DNA of 64,000 nt from Nitrospiraceae bacterium (GTDB taxonomy: Bacteria; Nitrospirota; Nitrospiria; Nitrospirales; Nitrospiraceae), in contig JAXLZC010000001.1 in NCBI GenBank assembly GCA_046351095.1, positions 2,793,574 to 2,857,573 on the forward strand, read 5' to 3'. Under the pieces are notes generated by a model. That model searched no databases and had not been told where the DNA came from. It saw only the letters and a program-made list of their open reading frames with translations. Shown piece by piece: positions 47,169 to 57,427 of this stretch. How positions within the stretch are numbered: position 1 is the stretch's first letter; each line of letters begins with the position of its first letter. Both the position numbers and the translations under genes were made by a program.

Positions 47169-48734
47169 TTGCTGACGGTGCTGACCTATATTGCCATTGC
47201 GCTTGTGGGCGCCGTGTTGGGCGTGGGCGGCTATGAAATGATGCGTCGGCAGCAGCAGGCGGCCGGTCGCGATCGTTTGTTGGAAGAGGCGAAGCAGTCG
47301 GTCCAAAACGCGGAACGCCAAGCCGAAAACGTCGTCAAAGAAGCGAAGCTGGAGGCGAAGAGCCTCTTGATGCAGGCGAAGGCCGACTTCGAGCGGGAAC
47401 AAAAGGACAAGTCGGTCGTCTTGGTCGAACAGGAGCGGCGCCTCACGCAGCGCGAGGAAAACCTCGACCGTCGCGGAAGTGCCTTGGACAAACGCGACCA
47501 AGAGTCGCAGCGCCGCGAGCAGACGCTGGAGCAACGCGAAGCCGGCGTGCGGACAAAAGAAAACGATGCGACGCAGCTCTTGAAAGAACGCCGCGAGGCG
47601 TTGGAGCGCGTGGCCGGCCTGACGGCGGACGAGGCGAAGCGCCAGTTGCTGAGCGAATATGAAAGTCAGGTGCGTGTCGAAGCGGCGAGCCTCGCCAAGC
47701 GCACGATCGAGGAAGCGAAGGAAACGGCGGAGCGCGAAGCGCGCGAAATCATCACGCGGTCGATCCAACGTGTCACGCGCGACTACGTGAACGAGGCGAC
47801 GATTTCGGTGGTGCCGATCCCGAACGACGCGATGAAGGGGCGCATCATCGGCCGCGAGGGGCGCAATATCCGCGCGATCGAAGCGGCAACGGGCATCGAC
47901 CTGATCATCGACGAGACGCCGGAGGCCGTGATCATCTCCGGCTTCGATCCGATGCGGCGCGAGATCGCGAAGATTTCGCTCGAACGGCTTATGCACGACG
48001 GGCGCATCCACCCGACGCGTATCGAAGAGATCGTCGAAAAGGTGAAAGTGGACGTCGAGAAGTTGATGATCGAGGATGCCGAGAAGGTCATCTTCGAAGT
48101 CGGCCTGTCCGACTTCCATCCGGAGATCGTGAAGATTCTCGGGCGCCTGAAGTATCGCACCAGCTACGGGCAGAACAATCTGTATCACGCGCGCGAAGCC
48201 GCCTACATTTGCGGCATCATGGCGTCGGAATTGGGGCTCGACGTTCGGCTGGCGAAACGCGGGGCGCTGCTGCACGACATCGGCAAGGCGGTGAGCCATG
48301 AAGAGGAAGGCCCGCATGCGATGTTGGGCGCGGATATCGCGAAGAAGTACGGCGAGAACGAAAAAATCGTGAACGCGATCGCGGCGCACCACGAGCAGGT
48401 CGAGCCGATTTGTCCGGAGAGTGTGCTGGTGGCGGCGGCGGAAGCCCTGTCGGCGGCGCGGCCCGGTGCGCGACGTGAGGCGTTGGAGTCCTACGTCAAG
48501 CGGCTCGAAAAGTTGGAATCGTTGGCGACCTCGTCGAAGGGTGTGCAGAAGGCCTACGCGATTCAAGCCGGGCGCGAGATTCGTGTGATCGTCAAGCAGG
48601 AAGACCTGACCGACAGCGAATCGTTTACGTTGTCGCGCGACCTGGCGAAAAAGATCGAACAGGAGTTGACCTATCCAGGCCAGATCAAGGTGACGGTGAT
48701 CCGGGAAAGTCGCTATGTGGAATACGCCAAGTAA
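47169..48734 (+). CDS. rny: ribonuclease Y
   Basis: N-terminal TM helix, coiled coil, KH domain ([13 protein letters not shown]) and HD domain (LLHDIGK). Confidence 0.9.
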   Translation: MLTVLTYIAIALVGAVLGVGGYEMMRRQQQAAGRDRLLEEAKQSVQNAERQAENVVKEAKLEAKSLLMQAKADFEREQKDKSVVLVEQERRLTQREENLDRRGSALDKRDQESQRREQTLEQREAGVRTKENDATQLLKERREALERVAGLTADEAKRQLLSEYESQVRVEAASLAKRTIEEAKETAEREAREIITRSIQRVTRDYVNEATISVVPIPNDAMKGRIIGREGRNIRAIEAATGIDLIIDETPEAVIISGFDPMRREIAKISLERLMHDGRIHPTRIEEIVEKVKVDVEKLMIEDAEKVIFEVGLSDFHPEIVKILGRLKYRTSYGQNNLYHAREAAYICGIMASELGLDVRLAKRGALLHDIGKAVSHEEEGPHAMLGADIAKKYGENEKIVNAIAAHHEQVEPICPESVLVAAAEALSAARPGARREALESYVKRLEKLESLATSSKGVQKAYAIQAGREIRVIVKQEDLTDSESFTLSRDLAKKIEQELTYPGQIKVTVIRESRYVEYAK

Positions 48735-48818
48735 CGGTGCCGAGGTGTCGCGGGGCGGTGTCTCCCGCCCCGTGGCCCAGGCACGGCGTTCCCGGCGGAG
48801 GGTGATCGAAAGCAATTT

Positions 48819-49598
48819 ATGAAAGTTCTGGTCATCGGCGACATCATGGGCGAGCCGGGCCGTCGTGCCGTGACGCGGTGGATGCCGCGTCTCGTCGGGC
48901 AGCACGGTATCGACATCGTCGTTGCGAACGGCGAGAACGTGGCCGGCGGATTCGGCATCACGCCGGACTTGGCCGACGAGTTGTTCGACCTGGGCGCGGC
49001 GGTCATTACGACCGGCAACCATGCCTGGGACAAAAAAGAAATCTACGACTATTTTAAGCGGGAGCCGCGGCTCTTGCGTCCGGCGAACTATCCCAGCGGC
49101 GCGCCGGGCGGTGGGCGAGTCATTGTCGAAGCGGCGTCGGGCGAGAGGCTCGGTGTGTTGCATCTGCAGGGGCGCGCGTTTTTGCCGACCATCGATTGTC
49201 CGTTTCAGACGGCGCAGCGGGAAGTGGCGGCGCTGAAGCAGGAAGTCGCTGCCGTGGTCGTCGATATGCACGCCGAAGCCACGAGCGAAAAAATGGCGAT
49301 GGGGCATTTTCTCGACGGGCAAGTCTGCGCGGTTGTGGGTACACATACCCACGTGCAAACCGCCGACGAACAGATTCTGCCGAAGGGCACGGCCTACCTG
49401 ACCGATATCGGCATGACCGGGCCGATTCACTCCGTCATCGGCATCAAAAAAGAGTTGGCCATCGAAAAGTTTTTGACCGGGATGCCGCGACGGTTTGAAG
49501 TCGCCACGGGACCCGCCGTGTTCTGCGCGGCTTTAATCGAACTCGACGCTACGTTGGGCAAAGCGATCCGCATCGAACGCCTTCGTTTGGGCGAATGA
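48819..49598 (+). CDS. ymdB: YmdB-family metallophosphoesterase (TIGR00282)
   Basis: MKVLVIGDIMG and ANGENVAGGFGIT motifs. Shows the rny-ymdB synteny known from Bacillus. Confidence 0.85.
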   Translation: MKVLVIGDIMGEPGRRAVTRWMPRLVGQHGIDIVVANGENVAGGFGITPDLADELFDLGAAVITTGNHAWDKKEIYDYFKREPRLLRPANYPSGAPGGGRVIVEAASGERLGVLHLQGRAFLPTIDCPFQTAQREVAALKQEVAAVVVDMHAEATSEKMAMGHFLDGQVCAVVGTHTHVQTADEQILPKGTAYLTDIGMTGPIHSVIGIKKELAIEKFLTGMPRRFEVATGPAVFCAALIELDATLGKAIRIERLRLGE

Positions 49599-50989
49599 GC
49601 CGACAGCCAAGCCTCTTTCCATCCGATCCTTCGCCGCAGGCGCCTGCGCCGCCGACGGTCTGGACCGTTTCGCTTCTCAACCAACGCATTCGCCACACGC
49701 TGGAAGGGCGGTTCGGCGAAGTGTGGGTGGAGGGTGAGGTCTCGACCTTACGCATCCCCAGCTCCGGCCACGTCTATTTCACGCTGAAGGATGCGACCAG
49801 CCAAATTCGTGCGGTGCTGTTTCGGTCGGCGGCGCAAAAGGTCCGCTTCGCGTTACGCGAAGGCCTGCAGATTGTGGTGCGCGGCAGCCTGACGGCGTAC
49901 GAGCCACGGGGCGAATACCAAATCGTCGCGCAGGCCGTGGAGCCGAAAGGCGTCGGCGCGCTTCAACTGGCCTTCGAGCAATTAAAGCAGCGGCTGGCGG
50001 CGGAGGGTCTGTTCGATCCTGCGCGTAAGCGACCGCTGCCGGTGCTGCCGCAGGCGATCGGTGTGGTGACTTCGCTGACGGGCGCTGCGATTCGCGACAT
50101 CCTCTCAGTGTTGGGGCGGCGGTGTCCCTATAGCCGGATCGTGATCGCGCCGACGCCGGTGCAGGGCGACGGCGCGGCCGAGCAAATCGCCGCGGCGATT
50201 GCGTTGCTGGGGGAATCAGGGCTGGTCGATGTGCTGATCGTCGGGCGAGGCGGCGGTTCGTTGGAAGACCTGTGGTCGTTCAACGAGGAGGTCGTCGTGC
50301 GAGCCATTGCCGCCTGTCCGGTGCCGGTCGTCTCCGCCGTCGGACATGAAATCGATGTGACACTCGCGGATTTCGCCGCCGATCATCGTGCGCCCACGCC
50401 GTCGGCCGCCGCCGAAGCCGTCGTGCCGGTGATGGACGAGGTGATCGCGCGCGCGGAGGACTTCTCCATGCGCCTGGGTCGTGCGGTCCGACTCACGTTG
50501 GATGCGCATCGACAGACGATTGCGCTCTGTCGCAGCCGATTGCAGCAGCAACGGTTTCCCATTCAACGGCAAGCGCAGCGCCTGGACGACTTGTGGAGTC
50601 GCCTGACGACGTCGGCGCAGGATCGTGTCATGCGATTGCGGCATCGTGTGGAATTACGGCACGCCGACTTGTCGTTTCATAGCCCACGCCACGCGGTGCG
50701 GGCAGCAGTGACGCGGGTGGGACAGCAGGAGTCTCGCCTTCGCGAACGGCTCCATGCCGGACTCGCGGGGCGACGGGAGCGGCTGGCCGGTGTCGCCGCC
50801 TCGTTGGAGGCGCTCAGTCCGCTGGCCACGCTCGGACGTGGGTATAGCATCGTGCGGCGCGAGCCGGATGGGCAGGTGGTTCGAGACGCGCGGACAGTAC
50901 AAGCGGGCGATCGCATACGTGCGCTCCTGGCTCAAGGCGCGTTACTCTGCACCGTCGATCGGACGGTTGAGGATCGAGATTCGGCGTAG
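49595..50989 (+). CDS. xseA: exodeoxyribonuclease VII large subunit
   Basis: OB-fold N-terminus (VWVEGEVS...SGHVYFTLKD) and GRGGGSLEDLW. Confidence 0.9.
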   Translation: MSRQPSLFPSDPSPQAPAPPTVWTVSLLNQRIRHTLEGRFGEVWVEGEVSTLRIPSSGHVYFTLKDATSQIRAVLFRSAAQKVRFALREGLQIVVRGSLTAYEPRGEYQIVAQAVEPKGVGALQLAFEQLKQRLAAEGLFDPARKRPLPVLPQAIGVVTSLTGAAIRDILSVLGRRCPYSRIVIAPTPVQGDGAAEQIAAAIALLGESGLVDVLIVGRGGGSLEDLWSFNEEVVVRAIAACPVPVVSAVGHEIDVTLADFAADHRAPTPSAAAEAVVPVMDEVIARAEDFSMRLGRAVRLTLDAHRQTIALCRSRLQQQRFPIQRQAQRLDDLWSRLTTSAQDRVMRLRHRVELRHADLSFHSPRHAVRAAVTRVGQQESRLRERLHAGLAGRRERLAGVAASLEALSPLATLGRGYSIVRREPDGQVVRDARTVQAGDRIRALLAQGALLCTVDRTVEDRDSA

Positions 50990-51111
50990 GCATTCGATGC
51001 GCCGCCGTGTGGGCCTAGATGGGTGCTGGGCGTGGCGCTTGACCGGCGGTTTGTCGACCGTGTAAGCACATAGTCTCTTGTGCGACGAATCCGAGCGAGT
51101 GGGGATCGTAC

Positions 51112-51375
51112 GTGGCTGTAAAATTCGAACAGGCGATGGCGCGATTGGAAACCATCGTGATGGAATTGGAGCGGGGCGAACTGCCGCTCGACGAGTCGCT
51201 GCGTATTTTCGAGGAGGGGATTCGCCTCTCGAAGTCCTGTCTCAAATTGCTCAACGACGCCGAGAAAAAGGTCGAGATTCTCGTCCAAGATAAAAACGGC
51301 AAAAAGACGCTCCATGCTCACCTGCTGAATGAGGACGAGGCAGAGGAATCCGAGGACGAATCGGACGACGCCTGA
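51112..51375 (+). CDS. xseB: exodeoxyribonuclease VII small subunit
   Basis: FEQAMARLETIVMELERGELPLDESLRIFEEG. Confidence 0.85.
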   Translation: MAVKFEQAMARLETIVMELERGELPLDESLRIFEEGIRLSKSCLKLLNDAEKKVEILVQDKNGKKTLHAHLLNEDEAEESEDESDDA

Positions 51376-51448
51376 GGCGCCGGCGTTCAGATATCCCGAT
51401 ACCCTGTAGCCGTCTGTGCTCCCTCTGTCGTGAGCCGTTCGTTCCCCT

Positions 51449-52252
51449 GTGTCCCCCATGTCTTCCCCTAAACCTCCCCGCCGTGTGCGCCTCGATCGAC
51501 TGCTTGTAGATCGCGGGTTAGTGGAATCCCGAGAGCAAGCCTGCCGATTGATCATGGCGGGTGCTGTCAAAGTATCAAATGCGCGCGCCGACAAGCAGGC
51601 GATGCTGGTGCCGGCCGACGCGCCCATCGATATCGATCGTCCTACCACCAGTTATGTCAGCCGAGGCGGCGAAAAGCTGGCGCCGGCGTTGGACGCTTTC
51701 AGGATCGATCCGTCCGGCCTGGTCGCCATGGACGTGGGCGCCTCCACCGGCGGGTTTACCGATTGCCTGCTGCAACGCGGCGCGGCGCGCGTCTATGCGG
51801 TGGATGTGGGTTACGGGCAGATGGCGTGGCGCATCCGCCAGGATCCGCGTGTCGTGATGATCGAGCGACAAAACATGCGGTACCTGCCGCATGACTTGGT
51901 GCCGGAGCCGATTCACTTGACCGTCATCGACGTGTCGTTTATTTCGCTGACGTTGGTGTTGCCGCCGGTGACGAGCTTCCTCGCTCCTGGTGCCTACGTA
52001 GTCGCCCTGGTGAAGCCGCAGTTCGAAGTGGGCAAGGGCCAAGTGGGGCGCGGCGGTATCGTGCGCGACGATGCGCAGCGTATGGAAGTAACCCAAAAAA
52101 TCGTGACTTTTGCCGAGGACTGTGGTCTAAGAATCGTGGGCACATTGGAGTCCCCGATCGCCGGCCAAAAGGGCAATCGGGAGATTCTGGTGGGCTGGCA
52201 ATGGGAGGGGCCGCGGCGCGCGGCCGGTTCCACGGGCAACCAACTCGTCTGA
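51449..52252 (+). CDS. tlyA: TlyA-family rRNA 2'-O-methyltransferase
   Basis: S4 domain (RLDRLLVDRGL) followed by an FtsJ-type SAM motif (DVGASTGGFTDCLL). Confidence 0.85.
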   Translation: MSPMSSPKPPRRVRLDRLLVDRGLVESREQACRLIMAGAVKVSNARADKQAMLVPADAPIDIDRPTTSYVSRGGEKLAPALDAFRIDPSGLVAMDVGASTGGFTDCLLQRGAARVYAVDVGYGQMAWRIRQDPRVVMIERQNMRYLPHDLVPEPIHLTVIDVSFISLTLVLPPVTSFLAPGAYVVALVKPQFEVGKGQVGRGGIVRDDAQRMEVTQKIVTFAEDCGLRIVGTLESPIAGQKGNREILVGWQWEGPRRAAGSTGNQLV

Positions 52253-52267
52253 CCGCAAGAGGTTCGT

Positions 52268-53191
52268 ATGAAAGTGTTGGTGACGGGCGGCGCGGGGTTT
52301 ATCGGGTCACACCTTGTCGACCGGTTGGTGCAGGAAGGCCACGAGGTGGTGGTCGTCGACAACCTTTCGACCGGCAAGCGGAAGAACGTCAATAAGGCAG
52401 CCACGTTTTACAAGTGCGACATCCAGAACACGCGCCTCGAGCGGATTTTCCGGAACGAGCGCCCCTCGGTCGTCATGCACCTGGCCGCGCAGATGAACGT
52501 GCGCCGGTCGGTGGACGAGCCGATGTTCGATGCGAACGTGAATATTTTGGGCACGCTCAACGTCGCCGAGCAGGCGGTCCGGCACGGTGCGCGGAAGATC
52601 GTGTTTGCCTCGTCAGGCGGCGCCATCTATGGGGAGCAGGACATTTTCCCCGCGCCGGAAACGCATCCCACGCGGCCACTGTCGCCGTACGGTATCAGCA
52701 AGCTGAGCGGCGAGCACTATCTCGCCTACTACCAGCGCGTCTGCGGTATTCAGACGGTCTGTCTGCGCTTCGCGAACGTGTATGGGCCGCGGCAGGATCC
52801 GGAAGGCGAGGCGGGTGTTGTCGCGATTTTTATCCAAAAGCTGTTGAACGGCGAGCAGCCGGTCATCAACGGCAACGGGCGGCAGACGCGCGACTTCGTC
52901 TACGTCGAGGATGTCGTCGAAGCCAACCTCTCGGTCATGGCGCAGGGTGTGGAGGGGGTGTTCAACGTGGGCACCTCCGTGGAAACGACCGTGAACGAGG
53001 TGTTCGGCCACATTCGCGAGAGTGCGCAGTCCGAGGCGAAGGAAGTGCATGGTCCCGCCAAGAAGGGCGAGCAATTGCGTAGCTGCGTCGATCCTACCAA
53101 GTTGAAGCAGCAGCTTGGGTGGGAGCCGCGGATGACGTTGGCGGAAGGGTTGAAGCGGACGGTCGAGTATTTCCGCGAGAAGCTGAAGTAA
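52268..53191 (+). CDS. NAD-dependent epimerase/dehydratase (UDP-glucose 4-epimerase-like)
   Basis: MKVLVTGGAGFIGSHLV and the YGISK catalytic motif. Confidence 0.8.
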   Translation: MKVLVTGGAGFIGSHLVDRLVQEGHEVVVVDNLSTGKRKNVNKAATFYKCDIQNTRLERIFRNERPSVVMHLAAQMNVRRSVDEPMFDANVNILGTLNVAEQAVRHGARKIVFASSGGAIYGEQDIFPAPETHPTRPLSPYGISKLSGEHYLAYYQRVCGIQTVCLRFANVYGPRQDPEGEAGVVAIFIQKLLNGEQPVINGNGRQTRDFVYVEDVVEANLSVMAQGVEGVFNVGTSVETTVNEVFGHIRESAQSEAKEVHGPAKKGEQLRSCVDPTKLKQQLGWEPRMTLAEGLKRTVEYFREKLK

Positions 53192-53200
53192 CGATGTGAC

Positions 53201-53231
53201 GGACCCGGAGCGGAGGCTCCGCTCCGGGTCC
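53201..53231. terminator. bidirectional GC-rich hairpin between convergent genes
   Basis: The 14-bp arms are ggacccggagcgga/tccgctccgggtcc. Confidence 0.6.
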
Positions 53232-53244
53232 GCCGGCTATCGGG

Positions 53245-53568
53245 TCAGTAGCGGGCGACCGCCGGGTCGACCTGCACACTCCAGGCATCGATCCCACCGG
53301 TCAGATTCCTCACGTTCGGGAACCCTTGCTGCAGTAGAAAGTTCGTCGCATCGGCGCTCCGCATGCCGTGGTGGCAGATCGCCACGATCTCCGACTTCGG
53401 GTCCAGCTGCTTGAGGGACTGCGGCAACGTCGCCAACGGGATCAGCACCGACCCATCCAGCTTCGCCAGCGCAAACTCCCAAGGTTCCCGCACGTCCAAC
53501 AGGACGGGCTTCTTGCCCTGATCCAACTCGGCTTTTAATTCCTTCACCGTAATGCTAAATCCCGCCAT
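53245..53568 (-). CDS. rhodanese-like sulfurtransferase domain protein
   Basis: 107 aa with the active-site loop CHHGMRS. Confidence 0.85.
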   Translation of the reverse strand: MAGFSITVKELKAELDQGKKPVLLDVREPWEFALAKLDGSVLIPLATLPQSLKQLDPKSEIVAICHHGMRSADATNFLLQQGFPNVRNLTGGIDAWSVQVDPAVARY

Positions 53569-54015
53569 ATTGCGCTCCTTCCATAGGGGTCATCGGAAGG
53601 CCTAAGACTAGGCAGCGGCCACGCGCCTGTCAACCGCGAGGAGCGGGGTGTGCGCGGTAGGTAGTATTTTCGCGCAGACGCCCTGGGGCCAGTTGCCGAC
53701 CGCTCCGTGACCGAGGGGAGGAGCGGCATCTACGCAAAGATGCCTTGGCGGTAAATTGGGTGGGGAGGCGGGAGTCGGATCAGTTGCGCTGGGGGCAGAG
53801 GCGTAGGCAGCTGCCTCTGTCCAGGCGGTGGCCCTTTTTGCCCAGCGGTATCCAAACTCGAACCCTTCGCAGGCGCTGTCGTGCCGGCGGCAGTTCGGAT
53901 CTGTCTAACATATTGAAAGTAGGTGTGAAAAATAGGCTTGTCCGGTGTATTTTAGGTACAAAGCTTGCTCATAATCCAGCCCAGGGGCTGCCCTGGGTTC
54001 ACGGAAAGGTGACTC

Positions 54016-54348
54016 ATGGCGCGTAAGACGGCTCCCGGACTTGTGGTGTTCGTGACCAGCCCGACCAGGCGAGAGGCGACTCGAATCGGGAAGACGGTAG
54101 TCGGCGAACGCTTGGCGGCCTGCGCTACGCTGCTCGGCCTAGTGGATTCCATCTACTGGTGGAAGGGCAAGGTCACGCGGGGGCGGGAGGTCCTGTTGGT
54201 GCTCAAAACGACCTCGGCGCGGTACGGGGAGCTGGAGGCGCGGATCACGTCCCTCCATAGCTATGAGGTGCCGGAAATCGTCGCGCTGCCGATCGGCCGT
54301 GGGTACCCTCCGTACCTAAAATGGCTGGCCGAAGAGACTTGTAACTAG
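54016..54348 (+). CDS. cutA: divalent-cation tolerance protein CutA
   Basis: VVFVTSPTRREA...LAACATL...SIYWWKGKV...LKT pattern. Confidence 0.85.
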   Translation: MARKTAPGLVVFVTSPTRREATRIGKTVVGERLAACATLLGLVDSIYWWKGKVTRGREVLLVLKTTSARYGELEARITSLHSYEVPEIVALPIGRGYPPYLKWLAEETCN

Positions 54349-54454
54349 CTGAAATATAAATGGAAATCACGCATGAATTTTTGCGTTGACCGTCCGGAAT
54401 TGCTTGGCTAGACTCAGGAAACTCGAAAGACTGGTTGGATGGTTCTAACGTTGG

Positions 54455-55501
54455 GTGGACAGGCCTATGACGAACAGCACTGAACAAACCGACACCTACA
54501 CGGTGGTGATCTTCCGGGGGTCCACCTCGAAGCCGTTGCGCTTCAATTTCCCCCGCAAGTTCATCCAAAAGGCGTTGATCATCGGCCTGTGTTTCCTGGT
54601 GGCGGACCTGATCGTGGTTTCCCATTACGTGGTGCGTACCAGCGAGGTGTCCGAGCTGAGCGGGTTCCGGTCCGAGGCCTTGAGCGCCCGTGCCCAGACG
54701 GCCGCGTTTTCCTCTGCGGTGGACGACCTCAAGCGCCGCTTGACGGCTATGAAGGAGATCAACCAGCGCCTGCGTGTGATGTTGGGGATCGAAGAGGTGA
54801 AGACCGGCGATCTGACGAACGGGCAGGGTGGTGACGCCGAGCCCCCGACGGACGCCTCCGAGGTAACCGAGGAAGAAACGCCCTTAGCCGAGAATACCAA
54901 GGTGCTGTCGGATGACGCGGCTTCCGTGGCCGAGAGCTCGGCTGAGGCTGTGGCCTCGCTTCCGGCTCCGGTCGGCGACGATGCGACCCACCTGCAGCTG
55001 GCCTCCCGTGTGAAAGAAGAAATCGAGCGGTTGACCGCCCAAGCGGCGGCAGAAGAGCGGACGCTGAAGGAGTTATCGCAGGTTGCGGAGCAGCGGTCGT
55101 CCCGTTGGGCCTCGACCCCGTCGATCTGGCCGGTTCGTGGCTGGGTAACCTCGGGATTCGGTCCGCGTATCTCGCCGTTCACCGAAAAGCCGGCCTGGCA
55201 TGACGGGTTGGATATCGGCGCCGCTCCGAACGCGCCGATCCAGGCGCCTGCCGGAGGCCGTATCACCACCGTGCAGCACGATCCGAAGATGGGCAACATG
55301 GTGCGTGTGGACCATGGGTTCGGTATCGAGACCGTCTACGGTCACTTGTCGAAGGCCTTGGTGAAGGAAGGGCAGCGTGTGAAGCGCGGCGATGTCATCG
55401 CCCTGGTCGGCAGCACTGGTCTCTCCACCGGCCCGCACCTCCACTACATGATCAAGGTCAACGGTACCGCCATCGATCCGCATAAATACATCCTCGAATA
55501 G
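54455..55501 (+). CDS. M23-family peptidase (murein endopeptidase-like)
   Basis: HDGLDI, VDHGFGIETVYGHL and GSTGLSTGPHLHY motifs. An alternative ATG start lies at 54467. Confidence 0.85.
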   Translation: MDRPMTNSTEQTDTYTVVIFRGSTSKPLRFNFPRKFIQKALIIGLCFLVADLIVVSHYVVRTSEVSELSGFRSEALSARAQTAAFSSAVDDLKRRLTAMKEINQRLRVMLGIEEVKTGDLTNGQGGDAEPPTDASEVTEEETPLAENTKVLSDDAASVAESSAEAVASLPAPVGDDATHLQLASRVKEEIERLTAQAAAEERTLKELSQVAEQRSSRWASTPSIWPVRGWVTSGFGPRISPFTEKPAWHDGLDIGAAPNAPIQAPAGGRITTVQHDPKMGNMVRVDHGFGIETVYGHLSKALVKEGQRVKRGDVIALVGSTGLSTGPHLHYMIKVNGTAIDPHKYILE

Positions 55502-55511
55502 CATCCCAACA

Positions 55512-55533
55512 GCCCGGCCTTTCGGGGCCGGGC
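55512..55533 (+). terminator. hairpin after the M23 peptidase gene
   Basis: gcccggcc-tttcgg-ggccgggc, 10 nt after the stop. Confidence 0.5.
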
Positions 55534-55756
55534 CTGGGGCGATCCTCCGTCCCTCACTCCGGTTTCCCTCGTATCCTTCGTCTTCCTCTCCCTGGTTTCT
55601 TCGCAAGCGTGAACACCTTCGCCCTTGCGCTCGTTCATCGAACACTCTCGTGTTTGTTCCGCTTGGCCCGGCCGACCTGATCGTGTAGGCTGCCCGCGCG
55701 ATGCGCCGGTTTCTGCACCACCGCCCCGATTCACACCTCGGTATAAAGAAGGATCT

Positions 55757-57421
55757 ATGACGACGCCACGAACGACTGCCGAGCTTGCCGCCGATCTTGG
55801 ATTAACGCCTGACGAATGGATTCCATGGGGGCGTCACCGCGCGAAGGTGTCGCTCGATGTGCTTGACCGGCTCTCGCCTCGTCCCGAGTCGCGCTACATC
55901 CTCGTAACGGCGATCAATCCCACCCCGCTCGGCGAGGGGAAAACGACGACATCGATCGGTCTGGTCATGGGGCTGTCGCGCTTGGGAAAACGCGCGGTCG
56001 CGACGCTCCGGCAGCCGTCGATCGGGCCGGTATTCGGTATTAAGGGTGGCGGAACGGGAGGCGGCAAGGCGCAACTGGTCCCGATGGAGGACATCAACCT
56101 GCACCTGACCGGCGATGCCTACGCCGTGGCGGCGGCGCACAATCTCCTGGCCGCCTTCACCGACAACCATGTGTTTCACGGCAACGAATTGACGATCGAT
56201 CCAGCGACGATCCGCTGGCCGCGTGCCATGGCGGTAAGCGACCGCGCACTCCGTCACGTGCGACTGTCGGCCGACGACGGGGTGCACAATCGGGACGGAC
56301 AATTCGTCATCACGGAAGCGTCCGAGATTATGGCGATCCTCGCCTTAGCCGCGAGCCGGGACGATCTACAGGCGCGACTCAATCGCGTCATGGTCGGGCT
56401 CAGGCGTGACGGCCGTCCAGTGACGGCGGCGGATCTGCAGTGCGGCGGGTCGATGGCGGTGTTGCTCCAGGACGCGCTGATGCCGAACCTGGTGCAGACT
56501 CGCGAGGGCACGCCGGTCCTCGTGCACTCGGGGCCGTTCGGCAACATTGCGCATGGAAACGGCTCGATCCTGGCCGATGCGATTGCATTGCGGTGCGCCG
56601 ACTACGTCGTAACCGAAGCGGGATTCGGCAGCGATCTCGGGGCGGAGAAGTTTTTTAACATCAAATGCCGTGCCTCCGGACTGGCCCCGCGCATGGCGGT
56701 GCTGGTCGTGACGTTACGCGCGTTGAAGCTGCATGGCGGTGCGGGGCCGGCTAAAAGCGGACAGCCGTTGCCTGCGAACCTCACCGGGCCGAATCGCGAA
56801 GCGCTGGAGCGTGGGATCGGCAACATGGAACAACATATCGCCAACGTTGCCGCGCATGGTGTACCCGTGGTGGTGGCCATCAACGCGTTTCAAGATGATC
56901 CTGCCGACGAGTTGGCCTGGGTGCGGGACAAAGCGAAGGAGGCGGGCGCCGTGGCGGCGGAAGTTTCCACCCATTTTATGGATGGCGGCGTCGGGGCAGA
57001 AGCTTTGGCGCGGGCCGTCGTGGCGGCGAGTGACAAGCCGTCGACGTTTCGAGTCTTGTATCCCGACAACGCGACGATCAAAGACAAGATCGCGACAATT
57101 GCGACGAAAATCTACGGTGCGAAGCAGGTGCACTACGAACCGGCGGCGGAACGCCAGATCGAAGAAGCGACGCGGTTGGGGCTCGGCCATCTGCCTATCT
57201 GCATGGCGAAGACGCCGCTGTCCTTGTCGCACGATGCGTCGCTCAAGGGGCGACCGAGCGGCTTCACGGTGCCCATCAAGGAACTGCGTATCCTCGCGGG
57301 TGCAGGATTTCTCACGGCCGTCTGCTCCGGCATTCAGTTGATGCCGGGGTTGCCGAAACGTCCAGCCGGAGAGCGGATCGGGATCAATACCCAGAGTGGG
57401 AAGATCGAGGGACTGTTCTAG
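55757..57421 (+). CDS. fhs: formate--tetrahydrofolate ligase
   Basis: ATG at 55757 follows AAGAAGGA. PLGEGKTTTSIGL motif. The maximal ORF starts at 55625. Confidence 0.9.
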   Translation: MTTPRTTAELAADLGLTPDEWIPWGRHRAKVSLDVLDRLSPRPESRYILVTAINPTPLGEGKTTTSIGLVMGLSRLGKRAVATLRQPSIGPVFGIKGGGTGGGKAQLVPMEDINLHLTGDAYAVAAAHNLLAAFTDNHVFHGNELTIDPATIRWPRAMAVSDRALRHVRLSADDGVHNRDGQFVITEASEIMAILALAASRDDLQARLNRVMVGLRRDGRPVTAADLQCGGSMAVLLQDALMPNLVQTREGTPVLVHSGPFGNIAHGNGSILADAIALRCADYVVTEAGFGSDLGAEKFFNIKCRASGLAPRMAVLVVTLRALKLHGGAGPAKSGQPLPANLTGPNREALERGIGNMEQHIANVAAHGVPVVVAINAFQDDPADELAWVRDKAKEAGAVAAEVSTHFMDGGVGAEALARAVVAASDKPSTFRVLYPDNATIKDKIATIATKIYGAKQVHYEPAAERQIEEATRLGLGHLPICMAKTPLSLSHDASLKGRPSGFTVPIKELRILAGAGFLTAVCSGIQLMPGLPKRPAGERIGINTQSGKIEGLF

Positions 57422-57427
57422 GGGGGA

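Noticed and set aside
53741-53850. TGGC...GC strings (TGGCGGTAAATTGGG; TGGCCCTTTTTGCCC) considered as sigma54 promoters for cutA.
   Set aside because: The GG-to-GC spacing is wrong by 1-2 nt in both cases.
55534-55756. Possible ZTP (pfl) or THF riboswitch upstream of fhs.
   Set aside because: I found none of the conserved ZTP elements (ACUGGC ... CCGCCUGGGC) or THF motifs. The only strong structure is the terminator of the preceding gene.
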